This document shows, in pieces, positions 58,075 through 64,000 of a stretch of 64,000 bases of DNA. Where the stretch lies: positions 7,328,001 through 7,392,000 of the forward strand of contig CP086569.2 of the NCBI GenBank assembly GCA_009914755.4, written 5' to 3'. Numbering within the stretch: the first letter of the stretch is position 1; the number at the start of each line of letters is the position of its first letter. This stretch comes from the human T2T-CHM13v2.0 reference genome, Homo sapiens. Made by a program: the position numbers and the translations under genes. The notes beneath the pieces were generated by a model. That model was not told the DNA's origin, searched no databases, and was given only the letters and a program-made list of their open reading frames with translations.

Positions 58075-60400
58075 AATATGTTGTCTGATGGAAAAATAAA
58101 GCATTGGGTTTGAAGGGTTGAAATCACCATTTTGAAACACTGCAGTAGTCCTTATTAGCCATTTTTTTTAAAGAGGCTGGAAAAGTTCTAAACAAAGAGT
58201 TTGAAAGAGGAAGTTCATTTTGGTAGAGTGTTTTTTTGTTGTTGTTACTTTTTTTCAGAGGAATCACTGACTTCCTGCCCATCAGGCTATTGTGTAACTA
58301 CAGCTTGTCTATATAATCATATACAAAGACCAGATGGCATTTTAGACCCAAAGAGCTCCCTTTTTGGGCAATAGTTTTGGCCAAGAGGGGCAGAAGTGGA
58401 GAAAATCACCCCCGTGCCAAGGCTGTGGCCACATCCTCCACGAGATGCACCATCTGATGGACACCTTGCTCCCTGGTGTTGTTAGGCTTAGGGAAGGTCA
58501 AAGGAGCCCACAGATCATGCCTAGCCCACAGCTACAGACTGACTCTTGGCCCTCAAAGTCCTAGTCCACACCATCCAGCAGCCAGGTGATGGTACCTTCT
58601 CATTCCCTGTACCAACAGGATAGGAGATGAACACCCACCTGGAATGCTGAGGCATTTGAACTCTCCCTCTCCCTAAAAAATACCCCTATGCAATTAGATT
58701 GAGTGTAATTCATAAGTTTGAAAGGAAAATTGAAAGGAATAAAATCTAATAAAATCAAGCAAGAACCAGACCAAATCAGAAGGTAGGATTTAGGGGACTT
58801 TCCAGGCACGAATGCTTAAGTCACTTTACACATAAATAAGGCGGTGCAGACCTCAGAGCTGTCTAAGTCTTTGTCACCAACCCATAAGCAGATGAATTCA
58901 GAAAATCTTGAGGCCTCTGCAGTGTTAATCTATCATCATTAGAGAGTCAGTTTCACCAGGATGGAGCTATTCTCTCTAAAGGAGAAGCAGCCCTGACAGC
59001 TCTTCTCAGAAGAACCACCCTGACATTAAACAGAAAGTCATTTTTGTTCCACACTGCACATCTTGGAAAACTGAAGCTGCAAATGTGCAGTCCAGTCTTT
59101 CTTTAAATCCTAGCCTGTGCTAGACATAAAATAACAATAGTAGTAATTACTGTCTAGTGTAGACCTACTATATCTAGGCATTGAGTTAGGCATTTTACGT
59201 AAGTTAAAACAACAAAATCTTTCATCCTTCAATGACTCTGCATGGTATCACTATCTCCATTTCAGATGAAGACATTGAGGCCCAGAGACATTAATGTCAC
59301 AAAGCAAGCAGTGAGTAGCCAGAGTACAAAACCAGGTCAGGCCTGGGCCAAAGTTCATTCTTTTAATCACAAGACTTATTGGATACATCTCAAGGCATCA
59401 ACCACATATATGTCTTTGGGCATGTTTGCGTCCACTCATACACCCAGAGTTGGCTCAATTCATGCTTCAAAAGTTAAAAAAACAACAAAACAAAGCACAC
59501 AAAAAACTTACAACCATCTATTCCATTCAGAAATTTTATTTTTTCTCTCATTAATCTATGATATCCACCAATTTCAAAAGGGTTTCATATAAAAAGAAAA
59601 TATATATATGCTCATATATTCCATATAGCTTATATATTCTATAAAGCTCCTAAAAGAAGGCACAGCAACACAAATTTTAAAATAAAATAGCAGGGAGATA
59701 ATTATACCAAAGAACTCTGGAGACTGAGGAAATCCACCACCTGCAAAGCATACTTCTGAGCTTCCTGGCAACATATGCCAAAAGAGCAAGGCAATGGGTT
59801 TTACAGCCCTAAATGAAGTAAGGAGACACCTGCACTAGCTTCTGCTACTACTATCTTAATGCAGATGAAACAGCTGTGACTACTGAAGCATTTTAATAAC
59901 TGCTTCCACTGAGGACTCAACCGTAGGCCAGGCTCAACTAGACTCATGGAAATAGCATGAAGTTTAAAGGCTTTTGAAAAGGCCTGATGTGGAGCCCCAG
60001 ATGTGTAACTCAACATCTTGGGGAAGCAGAGTAGATTATATAAACTTTCTGTGCCTCAGTTTTCTCATGTACAAAATGAGTGAAAACACACTTATTTTGC
60101 AGTTGCACTGAAGCTTAGTTTAGATATTACATATGGCAAGTGCACCAAAGAATGGGTCATAAAGACGGCATCTTAACTTCTCTCTTTATCAGTCCTGGGC
60201 TTCTGCAACCCTGCAGAGACTGCTGAGTCATCTAGACTGAAGAGACAAGGACTCCAGAAACAGGGCATTATCCTAGCTCTCCCCTTCCTCACTGGGACTG
60301 GAAGAATTGGAAAGGCTTGGACACAGACATCTTCTCTTCCCCCACAACATACCAGACAACCATATTCCCTTGCCATTTTGTACTGCAAATTTATCCTCTA

Positions 60401-60590
60401 GGCCAGGGGTTCTAAAGTTTTGTCCCCAGACCACAGCATCAGCATCCCCTGGGAACCTGTTAGAAATGCAAATTCTCAGGCCCTAACACAGACCTATTGG
60501 GTCAGGAACGCTGAGAGTGGGATCTAGCAATAGGTGTTTTAACAAGCCTCCAAGTGACTCCAATGCAGCCTGATGTTTGAGAATCATCAA
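60401..60590. mobile_element. MER-type hAT (MER5/MER20-like) DNA transposon fragment
   Basis: ggccaggggttctaaagttttgtccccagaccacagcatcagcatcccctgggaacctgttagaaatgcaaattctcaggccctaacacagacctattgggtcaggaacgctgagagtggg resembles MER hAT consensus motifs. Confidence 0.45.
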
Positions 60591-63500
60591 TGTGTCTAGA
60601 ATACACATCTCATGAGGGCTTGGGTATTTTACACTGCTGCATCCTCAGTAATAGAATGATGTCTGACATATAGCAGGTCCTCAATAAATATCCGTTGAAT
60701 GAATGAATACATTAAATAATGGATGAATAAGTATGTCTTCTCTCCCAGAATGAGCTTCTTGAAGGTAGGGATGGAGACATCATTTTTCTGCTCTAGAATT
60801 CAACAGTTAATAAGCCCCATACACTGGCCCAGACCAACACAGTGGTTAGGTATCAGAAATATAAAATAGGATCCCTAACCCTCAAGAAGATTTGATGAAT
60901 TATTGTGAACAGACTTTAAAAATATTTACACTATCTTGGAACAATAATGCTCATAATGACATGTAAAAAGTCAAGATTCTAAACTTCATTGACTTTATTA
61001 TGACAACTATGTAATATACATACATAAACTATGCATAAAAAGAGTCACCAAAACAAAAACAGCACTGTATTTAGGGAGTTGGGCTATGATTGATTTTTTT
61101 TCTTTTACTGTGTAATTTTCAAAATTTACCTAAGGGGCATGGATGTTATTTTAGTAGTGAAAAAGTAAATATTGTAAAAATTACTCATAGAGGAAAATAT
61201 AGTAATGGATATGAAGGTATATAAATGACAGTGACAATGGTGATCATTTCTGCCTGAAGGGGAGGTTGAGAAAATTTCTCAGAGTAGATCAGGGATGTAA
61301 CAAATGACACGGTGTAACACAAAAGGAAGAGTGAGAAATGTGGCAGAACTGGAGTGTGTATGCCTCACCTTAAAGCATTCAAATCCATTTTTTTTTTCAA
61401 AATGTCACGCTAGGTAAAACATATTTGGGATCTACTCTGCAGAAGGCTTTGAGGAACGAATAACAGTTCACTAGGTATGTAAAGGAAAAGGAGAGGGCAA
61501 TCCATGTAAAGGCAAGGATGGATCATGACAGGCAAAAGCTTGACAGTATGCAACAGCCTGATGTGTTGAGGAAATTTCTAGACATATCTCAGGAACATGA
61601 CGTGAGAAGCCAACAGAAGCCCAGAAATAAGGCTTGACTAGACATTACAAGGACTGACACACATGTGGACTTGTATTCATGCCCACAAAAACTCTGACTT
61701 CACCATGTAGGCCAGCATATCCAACTGTCCCACCAGAGTCATAACTTCAAGAACAGAGGAGAGCGGGAGTCTGAGGGAAAACTAAGATTTCTTCGAATGC
61801 TCATCTTTAACCTTCAACTTCAGTGCAAATATTGTATCTTACACCATAGTGCTGCCTAGGATCAAAACCTTTCAAACGATGTCAGAGTTAAATGCTGCCC
61901 TTATCCCATGTGTTCCAGGGAAATTCACACCCCCAAGAAGAGGAAGCATATTTGTAGCTCTGCTTATTTCCTTCAAATAGATTCCTGGAAGTGGAATTAA
62001 TGAGTGAAGGGATATTAACTTTTCAAAGGCTTGGTAGAGGCTGCCAAATTGTTAAACAGAAAGGATGAGTAGTCTTTTTAACTAGAAGACCACATTTAGA
62101 TTATATGAAGATCAATATTTGGCTAGACCTAGGAGACACGACTCTTGTGGTTCTGTCTTACCATAGTATAGACACTTTCCTCTTTTTCAGAAAGTGATTT
62201 GACTGTGTATTGATGGCTAAATTAAATCCTGCTTCTCATTCATGCATTTATAACCTTCACTGAGCCAGTCTGATGTTTATCATGGTGCTGGGCCTGTGAT
62301 GTATTCATGAGAGTTCCCCAGCCACCAGCTCTCCTCCACTGTATACTTGGTGACCTCCTGCACTCACATGGGTTCCACAAATCCGATGTTAATTATTTCC
62401 AAGTGTGAACTCCTAGCCCTGGCTTTCCTTGGAAGTTCAGACCTACAAAGTAGATGATCACAGTTGACGGGCCCGCTGTCAATCTGGTCTCTCCAACTGG
62501 AATCACAGTATCTTCTTTCCTTTCTCTAATCCTGTGTATCTGTTCACCACACCCTGTCACGTTTATCCCCCAATGTTTGTGGAATTACTTCTTCATTGAA
62601 GAGGCATCAGGTTGGATGGGCTGGATATCTGTTTAAACTGAAATACACCCTCACCCACCTTCTTCTCATTTCTGCTGTCTGTAAGAAACGTTCTGCCCCA
62701 AATACTTAAAGGAGTAACTATTTGTGGTTTAGGCACTGAAAATTAAATATGGCTGTTTTGACTGATGCACAACTTCAGTTAGTTGCTCTATAATGAATAA
62801 GGATAAGCTCCACTGTAACTGTATTCAGGAATCATAATGTGAAAAATATTTCTTTTTTAAAAAATTTAGTTATATAAAAAGTCTCAACTCATTGTACAAA
62901 AATCTTTGGTTATATATTTGAGGAATCACTTTTATTTTTAATAAAATTAATTTTTTAATTAAAAATAACAATATGACATTAGATTTCAAGGCTGAATTAT
63001 CTGTTTCTACATCTAAAATGAATACCATGTTACTAATGATGACTGCAATATATACTCTATGTGCATGTAAATATACATATTTGTACTTTAGAGGATGCGT
63101 ATCAATCAGGGTGAGAAATCAGTTAGAAGGAAGTGAGACACAGATTGGATTTAGTAAAAATGAAAGCTATATGGAACATAGGAAAAGGAAGAGAGAAGCC
63201 CAATGCTCACAGGTCAATTAGAGTGCCCATAGCCTGTAGTACATAGCATGGGTAAAGAGACAGACACTTCCAAGACTGTTTTGTCTGACTCTAAGGAGGG
63301 AGGTATCACAGTTAATTTTTTGTCCACTTGACTGAACTATGGTGACCAGATGTTTGGTAAAACACTAGTCTAGATGTTGCTGTAAAGGTATTTTTTAAAT
63401 GTGTCATTAACATTTACAATCAGCTGACTTTCGGTAAACTGAATTCCTCTATTATTAGGTCTCATCTAATCAGGTGAAGTCTTCAAGAGCAAAGACTGAG

Positions 63501-64000
63501 ATTTCCCAAAGGAAAAAGAATTCTGCCTCTGGACTGCAACACAGAAGTTCTCCCTGAGTTTTCCCCCTTCAAACTTAAGACTGCAACATCAATCCTTACC
63601 TGAATCTCCAGTCTGCTGGACTGCCCTGCAGATGTCAGACTTTTTGGACCCCACAATCACATGAGCCAATTCCTTAAAATAATCAACTTTCTCTCTCTCC
63701 ACCAGGAGGTAGGGGGAATAATATAGCACAGGACAAGCTGATGGAGGTCTCTAAATGTAAACCTGACTGGGCCTGAAATAAAAGATGGGTACAGGCTCCC
63801 AAATGACAGTGAGCCCCAAACAGAAACAAGACAACTAGGACCTCATCAGGTATTGATTCCAGTTCCTACGTGAGAGGCTGAAGTGTGGCAGGAAGGCTTT
63901 TAGCCATCACTGTTGCCCAGGTAAAGGAAATTTCCCCCATTGTGTTTTGAGGAGAACTGCTACATACCAGGTAAGGGAGGTTATATCTATAACTGATGGA

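Overview
This is primate nuclear DNA, human-like: AT-rich and repeat-dense, with at least eleven Alu or Alu-fragment insertions (including an AluY-type copy), L1 fragments, a near full-length L1PA, a HERV-K-type solo LTR, MaLR LTRs, MIR and MER-type DNA-transposon fragments. I found no intact protein-coding gene, no rRNA or tRNA, and no prokaryotic features. The large ORFs in the track (up to 236 aa) sit in GC-rich pseudogene DNA or in L1 ORF1/ORF2 debris, and several use GTG/TTG starts, so they are not host genes.

The main content is a cluster of three decayed, intron-containing copies of the TSPY gene unit (testis-specific protein Y-encoded, NAP/SET family). Copy 3 (minus strand, 12225-14221) is the best preserved, about 80% amino-acid identity to human TSPY1 over alignable exon segments. 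It keeps six exons in order with mostly GT-AG introns, but carries three in-frame stops in exon 1 and frameshifts. Copies 1 (plus, about 3555-5910) and 2 (plus, about 15165-17550) are much more diverged direct repeats about 11.6 kb apart. Each is preceded by a roughly 0.85-0.95 kb 5' flank that carries CCAAT (both copies) and, in copy 1, TATA-like motifs and resembles a MaLR LTR. Copy 3 and copy 2 lie head-to-head, with a rearrangement junction at about 14222-14290. This arrangement suggests an old Y-chromosome-derived TSPY pseudogene cluster. I cannot confirm species or chromosome from the sequence alone.

A separate item is an isolated exon-like fragment at 22305-22416 (minus) encoding a trypsin-family serine-protease histidine active-site motif (WVLTAAHC) with no other protease exons visible nearby.
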